A stretch of 64,000 bases of DNA from an uncultured Haloferula sp. (GCA_965652295.1 CBFGTS010000013.1:32001-96000); one strand, 5' to 3'. Shown: positions 8,547-18,440, numbered from the stretch's first letter. Numbers and translations are program-made. Notes: generated by a model from the letters alone, not told the origin.

Positions 8547-8873
8547 ATGAACGCGCTGCTGCTGACCGCTCTCCTCTTTGCCCTTCCGGTAGGGAGTCCC
8601 GCGTTGCAGCAGACGCAGGCGAAGCCCCCCACCCCCCAACCGACGACCGCCGGCTTCCCCTCTTCGCCTGGCAAGTGGAACAACCTCGTGTTCCGGCAGC
8701 TGCAGTTCGGTTCTGCAACTTCGCACGAATTCAAGAGTTCCGTCGGCAAAGGACTGCGCCGTTCCAGCTGGTGCCACGTCCACGCCGACGCTCATGAAAT
8801 CTCCCCCCATCCGTCGGGCCCCATCGGCACGGCGGGGTTGCGGGTGATGGATGAAAAGCCCCGGAAGATCTGA
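8547..8873 (+). CDS. Small hypothetical secreted protein
   Basis: ATG plus signal-peptide-like MNALLLTALLFALPVG; fills the intergenic gap, but its 3' end overlaps a terminator hairpin. Confidence 0.35.
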   Translation: MNALLLTALLFALPVGSPALQQTQAKPPTPQPTTAGFPSSPGKWNNLVFRQLQFGSATSHEFKSSVGKGLRRSSWCHVHADAHEISPHPSGPIGTAGLRVMDEKPRKI

Positions 8874-8889
8874 GCCTGGGGGGCTTTTC
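8853..8889. terminator. Bidirectional intrinsic terminator
   Basis: gaaaagcccc...ggggcttttc stem between convergent ORFs. Confidence 0.6.
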
Positions 8890-8935
8890 TCCAGGACGTC
8901 GGCGGCTCTCCCTCACGGGAGGCGCCGGCGTCACC

Positions 8936-9655
8936 TCACCCGGGATCCTCCATCTGCCAGGCCGGATCCCAGATCTGCGCGAAGCCATTCCGGCGCGCCG
9001 TCGCCTGCCGGACCACGCCATCGGCGGAAAGCCCGGTCCAGCGGCGGAAATCGAAGCCGGCGGCATTCAGCGCCTCCACCGTCCAGACATTGCAAATGCG
9101 AGGGAAATAGTAGGAATGCGGTGATCGGACCATCTGTCCGCCGCCCCAGCTCGAGGGACCGAGACTTGATGGCCTGCCGTCCTCGCCGCGGATCGACGAG
9201 AAGTTCAGGTAGGCCGCGAGTTCCGTGCCGGCCGACTCCGTGGTGAATCCCTGATAAAGCCGCTGGTGGTGGCATACGTTCGGGATGTTGTAGTCGATGG
9301 GGATGATCTCCATCACCGAACTCGAAGGCAGGGCTAGCGCCTGGATCACCTGGGCGGGCGTCAGCCACTGCTTCTGCACATAGGCGGCTTCGTCCCCCCA
9401 GCTGAAGGCAGCCCAGCGATGATCGCCGATCTCGCGCGGCGGCACGTACCCGTGGCGGCGCAGCCAGCGGAGATCCAGGATCAGGCCGGTATGCAGCTCA
9501 TCAGCGAAGACCACCACCGACACCGTGCGCGGTTCGGCGACCTCCCGGGAAACCTCCATCCGCTGCACAGTGACGCGCTCCCGCTCATGCGGGAACGCGA
9601 TCATGCAGCCTGGTAACAGGAGCGACGACAACAGGATGACCGCCAGCCGCCACAT
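8936..9655 (-). CDS. DUF2459-like lipoprotein
   Basis: Lipobox LLPGC; LHTGLIL, FSWGDEAAY, YYFPRICNVWT motifs. Confidence 0.7.
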   Translation of the reverse strand: MWRLAVILLSSLLLPGCMIAFPHERERVTVQRMEVSREVAEPRTVSVVVFADELHTGLILDLRWLRRHGYVPPREIGDHRWAAFSWGDEAAYVQKQWLTPAQVIQALALPSSSVMEIIPIDYNIPNVCHHQRLYQGFTTESAGTELAAYLNFSSIRGEDGRPSSLGPSSWGGGQMVRSPHSYYFPRICNVWTVEALNAAGFDFRRWTGLSADGVVRQATARRNGFAQIWDPAWQMEDPG

Positions 9656-9681
9656 GGCCCGGATGAGCTATCGACGGGAAA

Positions 9682-10887
9682 TCACTTCGAGATTTCCAGC
9701 AGCTCGATGTCGAACACGAGCATCCCACCCGGGCGACCTCCGCCGGGATTTTCGCCATAGGCGAGCTCGGCCGGAATCCAGAAGCGGCGCTTCTCACCCA
9801 CGCCCATCAGTTGAACCCCCTCGGTCCAGCCCTTGATCACGCCGTTGAGCGGAAACTGGGCCGGCTCGCCGCGGGTCACGGAGCTGTCGAACATTTCGCC
9901 GTCGGTGGTCCAGCCGGTGTAGTGGACCTTGACCGTATCAGTGGCTTTCGGCTTCGCCGCGCCTTCCGGGGCGGGAGTGAGGACCTTCCATGCGAGACCA
10001 CTTTCCGACTTTTCGGCATCTTCCGGAAGGGCGGCCACGTCGGTCGGAACCGGAGGTGCGGGCGGCGCGGCCTTGAAGGAAACAAGCTCCAGCTCGGCCA
10101 CGATGTAGCCGCCCGGCAGGCGTTGTTCCGGCAGCCAGGCCTTGCGCTTTTCGCCCGGGCCCATGGCTCCGAGGATCTCCTTCATTTCCGGCGGCAGCTG
10201 GGAAAGCGGCACGGTCGGCGGGGCCGGCTGGCTGTGGGTGTCCTGCATCATCTGGCCTTCCATGGTCGAACCCTTGAAATGGAAGGTGACCAGATCATCC
10301 GCCCCAGGCTTGCCCTCGCCGGTGGCCGGGGAGAGCTGCTGGTAGCCGACGCCACCGGCCGTCTTTTCCAGATCGTCCGGAAGTTTCGGGGACTCCTTGA
10401 TTTCGAGAAGTTCGACGTCGAAGACGAGCATACCGCCCGGACGTCCACCGCCGGGATTCTCGCCATAGGCGAGGTCGGCCGGGATCCAGAAGCGGCGCTT
10501 CTCACCGGTTGTCATGAGCTGCAAACCTTCCGTCCAACCCTTGATCACGTTGCTGAGCGGGAAGCTCGTAGGCTGGCCGCGCTGCACCGAGCTGTCGAAG
10601 AGCTTGCCGTCGGTCGTCCAGCCCGAGTAGTGCACGGTGACCGTGTCCGCCGCGGACGGTTTCTTCTCTCCCGTTCCTTCCTTGAGAACTTTCGAAGCCA
10701 GTCCGGATTCGGTTTTCTGGGCATCAGCGGGAACGGCGGCGACGTCAGGAGGCGTTTCAGGCATGTTTTCAGCAGGTTGCTCCGTGGGGATTTCCACGGG
10801 CGGGGTGGTGGCGGATTCCTCCGCATGCAGGGGTGCGATTGCGGCTGCGAGGGCGGCCGCTGCGGTGAATCTCGTCCGTTTTTTCAT
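9682..10887 (-). CDS. Secreted multi-domain FKBP-type peptidyl-prolyl isomerase
   Basis: Signal peptide; two near-identical FKBP domains (VHYxGWTTDGxxFDSS...VIKGWTEG...IPAxLAYG) flanking a degenerate one. Confidence 0.92.
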   Translation of the reverse strand: MKKRTRFTAAAALAAAIAPLHAEESATTPPVEIPTEQPAENMPETPPDVAAVPADAQKTESGLASKVLKEGTGEKKPSAADTVTVHYSGWTTDGKLFDSSVQRGQPTSFPLSNVIKGWTEGLQLMTTGEKRRFWIPADLAYGENPGGGRPGGMLVFDVELLEIKESPKLPDDLEKTAGGVGYQQLSPATGEGKPGADDLVTFHFKGSTMEGQMMQDTHSQPAPPTVPLSQLPPEMKEILGAMGPGEKRKAWLPEQRLPGGYIVAELELVSFKAAPPAPPVPTDVAALPEDAEKSESGLAWKVLTPAPEGAAKPKATDTVKVHYTGWTTDGEMFDSSVTRGEPAQFPLNGVIKGWTEGVQLMGVGEKRRFWIPAELAYGENPGGGRPGGMLVFDIELLEISK

Positions 10888-10920
10888 GGCGGACGAAGCA
10901 TTCACGGGCGACCGCGACTG

Positions 10921-11235
10921 TCAATGCACCTCGGATTCCCTTTTCGCCAGCCGGCGGTCGATCACGAACGGCCCGAAGGGCAGCACCGAGGCCACCATGA
11001 CCCACGCCGCGTCGCGGAAAGAAAGATCCTTCACCAACCAAGCAATGCCCACCAGCAGGGCCAGAAGAATGAAGAGCACGCCGTGGATCATGCCCGCCAC
11101 GCTCACCCACTCATCGCGCCCGGCGGCGTATTTCATCGGCATCGCCACGCCCAGCAGAAAGAGAAACGACACCGCCTCAATGCGGCCGACAAGACGGATC
11201 CGTCCAATGGGATCGAGGAGCGAAGCTTTCATCAT
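10921..11235 (-). CDS. DUF3817-like small membrane protein
   Basis: RLVGRIEAVSFLFLLGVAMPMKY, GMIHGVLF, ASVLPFGPF. Confidence 0.8.
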   Translation of the reverse strand: MMKASLLDPIGRIRLVGRIEAVSFLFLLGVAMPMKYAAGRDEWVSVAGMIHGVLFILLALLVGIAWLVKDLSFRDAAWVMVASVLPFGPFVIDRRLAKRESEVH

Positions 11236-11353
11236 TGCCGCCCTTTCACCCACAAGGGTCTGGCTGTCAAACGGAGCTGACAATGAATCCTCTTTTACTT
11301 CTTGCGGAAGCATCTCCCCGCTTCAATTTTGATCCGTTTGACTCGATGATATC

Positions 11354-12565
11354 ATGAATTTCCCACGCATCCTCGCTACTCTTCCGCTCATGGCGGGCAT
11401 TGCCCACGGTGCGGGCTACCAACTTCAGGAACGCTCCGCCCGTGGCCTCGGCCGCGCCTACTCGGGCGAGTCGGCGATCGCCGACGACGCTTCGGTGCTC
11501 GCCTCCAACCCGGCGGGGATGATCCTGATCCCGGGAGACACCTCCGTTTCCGTGGGCCTCACCGGCATCTACCCGGAAATCGATGTTGCAGGCTTCTACA
11601 CGGGTGCAGGCGGCACGGTCGCGACGGTGGCCGAGGACCTCGCCGATGAAGCCCACGTTCCCTTTCTCTACCTGACCCACGATCTCACCGAAAACCTGAC
11701 GATCGGCTTCGGCTCCTACACCACCTATGGGCTGGCGACGAACTACCCGCTGGCCTTCGCCGGCCGGACGATGGCCGACAAAAGCGAGCTGAAAACCGTC
11801 AACTTCAACCCTGCCATCGCCTGGCGGCTGCATCCGAAAGTTTCGATCGGTGCCGGCTTCAACGCCGTCTATGCCGATGGTGCGCTGAACGCCACGCTGC
11901 CGAACTCCCTGCCCCTCCTCGACCTCGCGGGGGACGATTGGGGCTATGGCTACAACCTCGGGCTGATGTTCGAGGTAACCGAGCACACCCGCATCGGGGT
12001 TCACTACCGTTCGGAGGTCGATCTCAGCCTGGAGGGCCGCATCACCTCGGCCGTAGTCGCCCCGTTCAACGGGCCCGGCATCGTCGATGTCACCCTGCCT
12101 GACACCTTCGAGCTCAGTCTTTACCACGAAATCAACGACCGTTGGGCGATCCACGGTGACGTGACCTGGACCGGCTGGAGCGATTTCCAGCAGCTCCAAC
12201 CGATCGTCCTCGGCTCACCGGTCCAGCCGGCCGCCACGCCGGAGAACTGGAACGACGTCTGGCGTTTTTCCCTCGGCACGACTTGGAAGGCCTCCGACCG
12301 GCTCACGCTGCGCGCCGGCGTGGCTTATGACGAATCGCCGGTGGAGCCGCAGTTCCGGACGCTGCGCATACCGGATACCGACCGCGTTTGGCTCAGCCTC
12401 GGCGCCAGCTGGCATTTCAACCCCTGCTGGTCGCTCGACGTGGGCTACACGCATCTCTTCACCCAGACCTCCCGCATCAACGAAACCAACGCCGGAGGCA
12501 ACTTCGTAGGCATTGCCCAGGGCGATACGGACCTCGTTTCCATCGGAGTGAGCGGGAACTTCTGA
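11354..12565 (+). CDS. fadL: FadL/OMPP1/TodX outer-membrane transporter
   Basis: AGYQLQERSARGLGRAYSG, NPAGM, RIPDTDRVW, C-terminal Phe. Confidence 0.9.
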   Translation: MNFPRILATLPLMAGIAHGAGYQLQERSARGLGRAYSGESAIADDASVLASNPAGMILIPGDTSVSVGLTGIYPEIDVAGFYTGAGGTVATVAEDLADEAHVPFLYLTHDLTENLTIGFGSYTTYGLATNYPLAFAGRTMADKSELKTVNFNPAIAWRLHPKVSIGAGFNAVYADGALNATLPNSLPLLDLAGDDWGYGYNLGLMFEVTEHTRIGVHYRSEVDLSLEGRITSAVVAPFNGPGIVDVTLPDTFELSLYHEINDRWAIHGDVTWTGWSDFQQLQPIVLGSPVQPAATPENWNDVWRFSLGTTWKASDRLTLRAGVAYDESPVEPQFRTLRIPDTDRVWLSLGASWHFNPCWSLDVGYTHLFTQTSRINETNAGGNFVGIAQGDTDLVSIGVSGNF

Positions 12566-12647
12566 CAGCCATCGCGCCGGAGATCCGGCTTTGGCAGGAG
12601 GCGTGATTTTCCATCGCCTCCGCCCACGCTTTTTTCCAGAGTCCGCC

Positions 12648-13616
12648 ATGCCTCCGCGTGTCAAAAAAGTCTTCTCCGTGCCGATCGGCGAGTTCTTCGA
12701 GCGTCACGGTGCCGACCTGTCGATGACCCTGATCAGCGAGCGGCACGGTTTCGAGCGCCCGATCGGCGAGCCCGCTCCCAACCGCCCGGGTCTGGCTCTG
12801 GCGGGGTTCTTTTCCTATTTCGCCAAGAAGCGGGTTCAGGTCCTCGGCAACTCCGAGATGTCCTACCTGAAAAAGCTCACCCCCCAGATGCGGGCGGAGC
12901 GCTTCGGGCGGATGTGCGAGCGCGACATCCCGGCCATCGTCATCTCCCGCGGCGTGCCCGTCCCGGAGGACCTGCTGGCGATCGCCTCCACCCATCTCAT
13001 CCCGGTGTTCTCGACCACCCTGGTGACGATGAATTTCCTCAACGCCGCCACCCTCAAGCTGGAGGCTGAGTTCGCCCCCACCACCACCCTGCACGGCTGC
13101 ATGGTGGACCTCCGCGGCATCGGCGTGCTCATCATGGGCCGCAGTGGCAGCGGCAAGAGCGAGACCGCCATCGGCCTGCTCGAACGCGGGGCCGCTCTGG
13201 TGGCGGACGACATGGTCCGCGTCCGCTGGGCGAATGGCGAGCTGACCGCCAGCGCCCCGGAGCTCTCCCGCGGCTACATCGAGATCCGCGGCATCGGCAT
13301 CGTCAACGTCGCCAACCTTTTCGGCCTGACCTCCATCCGCCCGGAAAAACGCCTCGATCTGGTCATCACCCTCACCCTCCACAGTGATCTCAACGAGGTC
13401 GATCGCGTCGGGATCCAGCAGAAAACCTTCGACGTGCTCGGTCAACCCGTGGCCATGGTGGAAATCCCCGTGGCCCCCGGCCGCGACACCGCCCGGATGG
13501 TCGCCATCGCCGCCCTCCACCAGCAGCTCCGCCGTCTGGGCTACAACATGGCCGACGAATTCAACGAGCGGCTGCTCCAGCACATGTCGAAAAACAACCC
13601 GGCTCCAGGCTTCTGA
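12648..13616 (+). CDS. hprK: HPr kinase/phosphorylase
   Basis: NRPGLALAG, HGCMVD, Walker A GRSGSGKSE, LVADD, IEIRGIGI, PGRD. Confidence 0.95.
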   Translation: MPPRVKKVFSVPIGEFFERHGADLSMTLISERHGFERPIGEPAPNRPGLALAGFFSYFAKKRVQVLGNSEMSYLKKLTPQMRAERFGRMCERDIPAIVISRGVPVPEDLLAIASTHLIPVFSTTLVTMNFLNAATLKLEAEFAPTTTLHGCMVDLRGIGVLIMGRSGSGKSETAIGLLERGAALVADDMVRVRWANGELTASAPELSRGYIEIRGIGIVNVANLFGLTSIRPEKRLDLVITLTLHSDLNEVDRVGIQQKTFDVLGQPVAMVEIPVAPGRDTARMVAIAALHQQLRRLGYNMADEFNERLLQHMSKNNPAPGF

Positions 13617-13681
13617 AAAAACCCCTTGGCCAATCTCCCCGCCTCTTCCTAGACTCCCGCCGCCGCAAGGCACCGAACCTG

Positions 13682-13948
13682 ATGGTCCAACGAGCATTCA
13701 CCATCCAAAACAAGCTGGGCATCCACGCCCGGCCCGCCGCGCAATTCGTCAAAACGGCCAGCCGTTTCACCTCGGAGATCCGGGTGGAGAAGGATGGCGA
13801 GGAGGTTGATGGCAAGAGCATCATGGGCCTCATGATGCTCGCCGCCGGCCACGGATCGGTGATCCAGGTGTTTGCCGAAGGCGATGACGCCGACTCCGCC
13901 ATGGCCGCACTCGCCGAGCTCGTGGACCGGAAGTTTGAGGAAGAGTAA
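13682..13948 (+). CDS. ptsH: Phosphocarrier protein HPr
   Basis: GIHARPA (His15) and GKSIMGL (Ser46) motifs. Confidence 0.95.
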   Translation: MVQRAFTIQNKLGIHARPAAQFVKTASRFTSEIRVEKDGEEVDGKSIMGLMMLAAGHGSVIQVFAEGDDADSAMAALAELVDRKFEEE

Positions 13949-13990
13949 AAGTTCTTTTCCCGACTCTCTCGCTCGACCAGCATCCTGCTG

Positions 13991-15757
13991 GTGAAAGAAG
14001 AGACGAGGCAGCCCCCCGCGGAAGAACGCGTGCTTCAGGGCACAGCCGTCTCCCGGGGCGTCGGCATCGGCCCGCTTCACGTCGTCGCCCGCGGGTTTTC
14101 CGCTCCGGAGGTCTACCCGATCACCGATGTCGCCGCCGAGCAGGAACGCTTCGCCGACGCACTCGCCGTCACCAAGCAGCAGCTCGCCGCCCTCCAGAAA
14201 CGCATTGAGGCGATCTCCGGCGAACACGAGAGCCGGATCTTCGAGGCCCACGTCATGATGCTGGAAGACCGGGCGATCGTCGACCGGGTCAACGAAGCCA
14301 TCGCCGAGCGCAAGCAGAACGCCGAGTTCGCCCTCTACGCCGTCGCCCAGAATTTCCTCGAGGCAATGCGGCGCGTGCCCGACCCCTATCTGCGCGAACG
14401 CACCGCCGATATCGAGGATGTCTGCCAACGCGTGCTGCGGAACTTTTCCCATGAGGATCACCGCGAGGGCGGGCCGAATGCCCGCCACATCCTCGTGGCC
14501 TACGATCTCACGCCCTCGGACACCGCTTCCATGGACCGCCGCCACCTCCAGGGCTTCGCCACGGAGATCGGCAGCGTGAACTCCCACACCGCCATCCTCG
14601 CCCGCTCGCTCGGCATCCCGGCGGTCGTCGGCCTGCAGGGCGCGGTGCTCGAAGTCCGCGCCCTCACCCCGGCCATCATCGATGGCTACAGCGGCAAGCT
14701 CATCCTCCACCCCACCCCCCGGACGCTCGAACGCTACGAACGCCTCCGGTCGGAGAAGGAACGGGTCCGCCACCAGCTCGAGGCCCATCGGAACGACGAA
14801 GCCGTTACCACGGATGGCCGCCGCATCACGCTCTCCGCCAACATCGAGCTGGTTAAGGAACTCCCCTACGTCAAACACAGCGGAGCCCATGGCGTCGGGC
14901 TCTACCGCACCGAGTTCCTGCTGCTGGACGGGGAGCAAATGCCGGGGGAAGACAGCCAGGCTCAGGTTTACACCCAGCTCGCCGAAGCACTGGCGCCCGA
15001 TCCGGTCATCATCCGCACGCTGGACGCCGGCGGCGACAAGCTACCGGTCGAGCCGCTCGTCGAACCCGAACCGAACCCCTTTCTCGGCTGGCGCGGCATC
15101 CGCGTCTCGCTCGACCGCCCGGCGATGTTCAAGGAGCAACTCCGCGCCATCCTGCGCGCGAGCGCCCATGGCAAGGTCGCCGTCATGTTCCCCCTCGTCT
15201 CCGGCATCCGCGAGGTCCGCGCCGCCAAGGATCTCGTCAAGGAATCGATGGACGAGCTTTCCGCCCGCGGCATTCCGTTCGATGAAAACATCGAGATCGG
15301 CGTGATGATCGAGCTGCCCTCCGCGGCCATCATCGCCGACCTGATCGCTCCGGAGGTGGACTTCTTCTCCATCGGTACCAACGACCTCATCCAATACACC
15401 GTCGCCGCCGACCGCGTGAACTACCGCGTCGCCGATCTTTACCGCCCGACGCATCCCGCCGTGATCCGGCTGATCAAGCGTACCATCGACGCCGCCATTC
15501 AGAACGGCATCTGGACCGGCGTCTGCGGTGAAATGGCCGGCGACGTCCGACTCACCCCGCTCCTCCTCGGTCTCGGCGTCGAAGAGCTTTCCGTCGGACC
15601 GCATCAGGTCCCCCGCGTCCGTCACGCCATCCGCGCCCTGGCCCACGCCGAGTGCGCAGCGATGGCCGACGAGGCTCTGCGGACTCCGCTCAGCAAGGAC
15701 ACGCTCGAACTCACCACCGAGCTGGCGATGAGGTACTACCCGGAGTTGATCGACTGA
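13991..15757 (+). CDS. ptsI: PEP-protein phosphotransferase (PTS enzyme I)
   Basis: SHTAILARS, GVGLYRTEFL, RTLDAGGDK, NPFLGWRGIR, SIGTNDLIQY, CGEMAG. Confidence 0.96.
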   Translation: MKEETRQPPAEERVLQGTAVSRGVGIGPLHVVARGFSAPEVYPITDVAAEQERFADALAVTKQQLAALQKRIEAISGEHESRIFEAHVMMLEDRAIVDRVNEAIAERKQNAEFALYAVAQNFLEAMRRVPDPYLRERTADIEDVCQRVLRNFSHEDHREGGPNARHILVAYDLTPSDTASMDRRHLQGFATEIGSVNSHTAILARSLGIPAVVGLQGAVLEVRALTPAIIDGYSGKLILHPTPRTLERYERLRSEKERVRHQLEAHRNDEAVTTDGRRITLSANIELVKELPYVKHSGAHGVGLYRTEFLLLDGEQMPGEDSQAQVYTQLAEALAPDPVIIRTLDAGGDKLPVEPLVEPEPNPFLGWRGIRVSLDRPAMFKEQLRAILRASAHGKVAVMFPLVSGIREVRAAKDLVKESMDELSARGIPFDENIEIGVMIELPSAAIIADLIAPEVDFFSIGTNDLIQYTVAADRVNYRVADLYRPTHPAVIRLIKRTIDAAIQNGIWTGVCGEMAGDVRLTPLLLGLGVEELSVGPHQVPRVRHAIRALAHAECAAMADEALRTPLSKDTLELTTELAMRYYPELID

Positions 15758-15790
15758 TCCTTGGGGCCTGTTTCGAGATGTCTCCTTTTC

Positions 15791-15930
15791 GGACTGCTCA
15801 GACATGTCGGAGCTTTCCCCCTACGAACCGCTCCCCGTTCGTGACTCCTCCCCCGGAGCCGACACGTCGGCTCCGAGACAGCTCTCCCGGCAGCGCCCCA
15901 CCTCAAAGCTCCGTCATGCCGGAGCACTCC
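15791..15930. repeat. Inverted pair of REP-like palindromes (family 2) with a central hairpin
   Basis: 15791-15816 ggactgctcagacatgtcggagcttt; 15905-15930 reverse complement ggagtgctccggcatgacggagcttt; perfect hairpin cggagccgac-ac-gtcggctccg at 15854-15875. Confidence 0.7.
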
Positions 15931-16397
15931 ACACCGATCATCTTCGGCGGAACCGCGAACAACAACCTGCCCCGCCCCGCCGGGAGGGCGACCTCCAGTC
16001 CGACGAGCGAGCCCTTCTTCACCTCCACCGATCCCGTCGGAGCTCCCAGCAGCCACTCGGTCAGCGTCGAAAAATCCGGTTCGTGCCCGACGATCATCAC
16101 CCGTCCGAACTCCGAGAAGCCTCGTAGTTCATCCAGCGCGGTTTCCGGATTCATACCGCAATCGAGCCACCGCTGGAACATCGGCTCCGCTAGACCCGCC
16201 TTCGCACAAAAATGCTCGGCCGTTTCCCTGGCCCGGATGCGCGGACTGGAAAGCACCACCTCCGGCAACCAGCCGAGCTTCGACAGCACCGCCGCCGCAC
16301 GCCGCGCCTGGCGGATTCCCTTGTCCACCAACCGACGCTCGAAATCCGCCGGGCGGTGATCCTCCGCCTTGCCATGTCGCAACAAGATCAACTCCAT
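15903..16397 (-). CDS. sixA: Phosphohistidine phosphatase SixA
   Basis: LILLRHGKAE, SSPRIRARETA, VGHEPD motifs. Confidence 0.88.
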   Translation of the reverse strand: MELILLRHGKAEDHRPADFERRLVDKGIRQARRAAAVLSKLGWLPEVVLSSPRIRARETAEHFCAKAGLAEPMFQRWLDCGMNPETALDELRGFSEFGRVMIVGHEPDFSTLTEWLLGAPTGSVEVKKGSLVGLEVALPAGRGRLLFAVPPKMIGVECSGMTEL

Positions 16398-16405
16398 GCC
16401 GGAGC

Positions 16406-17155
16406 CTACTGCATCGTCATCCCGCCATCCACCGCGATCACCTGACCGGTGATGTAGCGCGCGCCGGGACCGGCGAGGAACACGACCAGGTTCGTGACAT
16501 CATCGACGTTGCCGAGACACCCCAGCGGGATTCTCGTCTGGATCTCGGCCTTCACGTTCTCCGGCAGGACATCGGTCATGTCGGTGGTGATGAATCCCGG
16601 GGCGACCGCGTTGCAGGTCACACCCTTGCCCGAGAGTTCACGCGCGATCGATTTGCTGAAACCGATCAGCCCCGCCTTGCTCGCCGCGTAGTTCGCCTGG
16701 CCGGCGTTGCCCATCAGACCGATGACCGAGGCGATGTTGATGATCCGTCCCTGATCGGACTTCATGATCGGCCGCATGAATGCCTTCACCGTGTTGAAAG
16801 CGCCTTTCAAATTCGTGTCGAGCACCGTCATCCAATCCTCTTCCTTCATTCGCATCAGCAGCCCGTCGCGGGTCACACCGGCGTTGTTCACCAGAATGTC
16901 CACCGCTCCGAAATCCGCCGCGACCTGCTTGCCCAGGGCCTGCACCGCCTCGTGATCGGCCACGTCCACCGCGTAGGCCTTGGCCGCTCCGGGAAACTCC
17001 GCGTTGATCGCATCCGCCGTGGCCCCGCAGCTCGATTCACTGCGGCTCACCACCGCCACCTTCGCGCCCCGCGAGGCCAGAGCCTTGGCGATGGCTCCAC
17101 CAATTCCCCGGCCACCGCCGGTCACCACTGCGACTTTGCCTTCAAAGGATTGCAT
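16406..17155 (-). CDS. fabG: 3-oxoacyl-ACP reductase
   Basis: TGGGRGIG, NNAGVTRDGLLMRM, GQANYAASKAG, VAPGFITTDMT. Confidence 0.95.
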   Translation of the reverse strand: MQSFEGKVAVVTGGGRGIGGAIAKALASRGAKVAVVSRSESSCGATADAINAEFPGAAKAYAVDVADHEAVQALGKQVAADFGAVDILVNNAGVTRDGLLMRMKEEDWMTVLDTNLKGAFNTVKAFMRPIMKSDQGRIINIASVIGLMGNAGQANYAASKAGLIGFSKSIARELSGKGVTCNAVAPGFITTDMTDVLPENVKAEIQTRIPLGCLGNVDDVTNLVVFLAGPGARYITGQVIAVDGGMTMQ

Positions 17156-17334
17156 GCCGCGGAGGCTGCCCACCCCGGCGGTCGGCTGCAAAGGCAAAAT
17201 GGCCCTCGGCCCGGCGGGGTCTCGGCAGCCCCGCCTCCGATTCCTCCGGCACCTCTCCCCGCCCCCAAACGGCGGCCGCGTCAGCCGACCCTGATTCCGC
17301 TTGGCCTTCGTTTCTCTCCGGCTAGCTTCCCCGC

Positions 17335-18405
17335 ATGTCGTCCCCGAAACTCTTCGCACCCGGTCCCATCGACGTCTCGCCCGAAACCTACGCGGCCATG
17401 TCCCGCACCATGATCGGTCACCGCGGCAAGGACTTTGAAGAACTCTATGCCTCGCTGCAGCCCGGCCTGCAGGAGATCTTCGGCACCACCCGCCCGGTCT
17501 TCGTTTCCACCTCCTCCGCCTGGGGCGTGATGGAGGGCGCGCTGCGCAACCTCGTCCGTGAAAAGGTCCTCTGCCTCTGCTGCGGCGCGTTTTCCGACAA
17601 ATGGTTCAGCGTCGCCAAAAGCATGGGCTACCAGGCCGACAAGGTTCAGGTCGAATGGGGCGAGGCCATCAATCCCGAGGTCGTCCGCGCCAAGCTTGAG
17701 GAAGGCGGTTTCGACACCGTCACCTTCATCCACTCCGAGACCTCCACCGGCGTCCTCAACGACCTTCCCGCCATCGCCAAGGTCGTCAAATCCTTCCCCG
17801 ACACGATGTTCATCGTCGATACCGTGTCGTCGCTTTCTACAGTTCCGGTGGATTTCGATGCCAACCAGATCGACGTGATGATCGCCGGCGTCCAGAAGGC
17901 TCTCGCCCTCCCGCCCGGCCTCGCCGTCTTCGCCGTTTCGGAAGCCGCCATGGAGCGCGCCGCCACCACCCCGAACCGCGGTTACTACTTCGATTTCATC
18001 GAGTTCGCCAAGAACGCGGAGAAGAACAACACGCCCTCCACACCGGCCATTTCCACACTCTTCGGCCTGCAATACATCCTCGGCAAGATCGCCGACGAAG
18101 GCTTGGAGAACCGCTTCGCCCGCCACGCCCGGACCAATGCGATGATCCATGAATGGGGAGCGCGCCACGGCTTCCTCATCTTCTCCCAGCAAGGCCACCA
18201 ATCCCAGGCGCTCACCTGCTTCACCACTCCGGAAAATTTCGACCTCTCCGGTTTCATCAAGGCCCTCAAGGAGAAGCATGGATTCCTCATCAACGGTGGC
18301 TACGGCAAGATCAAGGGCCTCACCTTCCGCATCTCCAACATGGGCAACGAAACCGAAGCCACCATGCAGGAACTCATTGATGCGATGGACGACGTCCTCG
18401 CCTAG
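17335..18405 (+). CDS. Class V PLP aminotransferase (alanine-glyoxylate/serine-pyruvate family)
   Basis: LFAPGP, HSETSTGV, VDTVSS, GVQKALALPPGL, FRISNMG. Confidence 0.9.
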   Translation: MSSPKLFAPGPIDVSPETYAAMSRTMIGHRGKDFEELYASLQPGLQEIFGTTRPVFVSTSSAWGVMEGALRNLVREKVLCLCCGAFSDKWFSVAKSMGYQADKVQVEWGEAINPEVVRAKLEEGGFDTVTFIHSETSTGVLNDLPAIAKVVKSFPDTMFIVDTVSSLSTVPVDFDANQIDVMIAGVQKALALPPGLAVFAVSEAAMERAATTPNRGYYFDFIEFAKNAEKNNTPSTPAISTLFGLQYILGKIADEGLENRFARHARTNAMIHEWGARHGFLIFSQQGHQSQALTCFTTPENFDLSGFIKALKEKHGFLINGGYGKIKGLTFRISNMGNETEATMQELIDAMDDVLA

Positions 18406-18440
18406 GAACCGACACGTTCCTGCACCACCCGCCTTCCTTC

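Noticed and set aside
17213..17292. Two GC-rich hairpins between fabG and the aminotransferase
   Set aside because: Possibly degenerate REPs, but similarity to each other and to the two defined families is too weak
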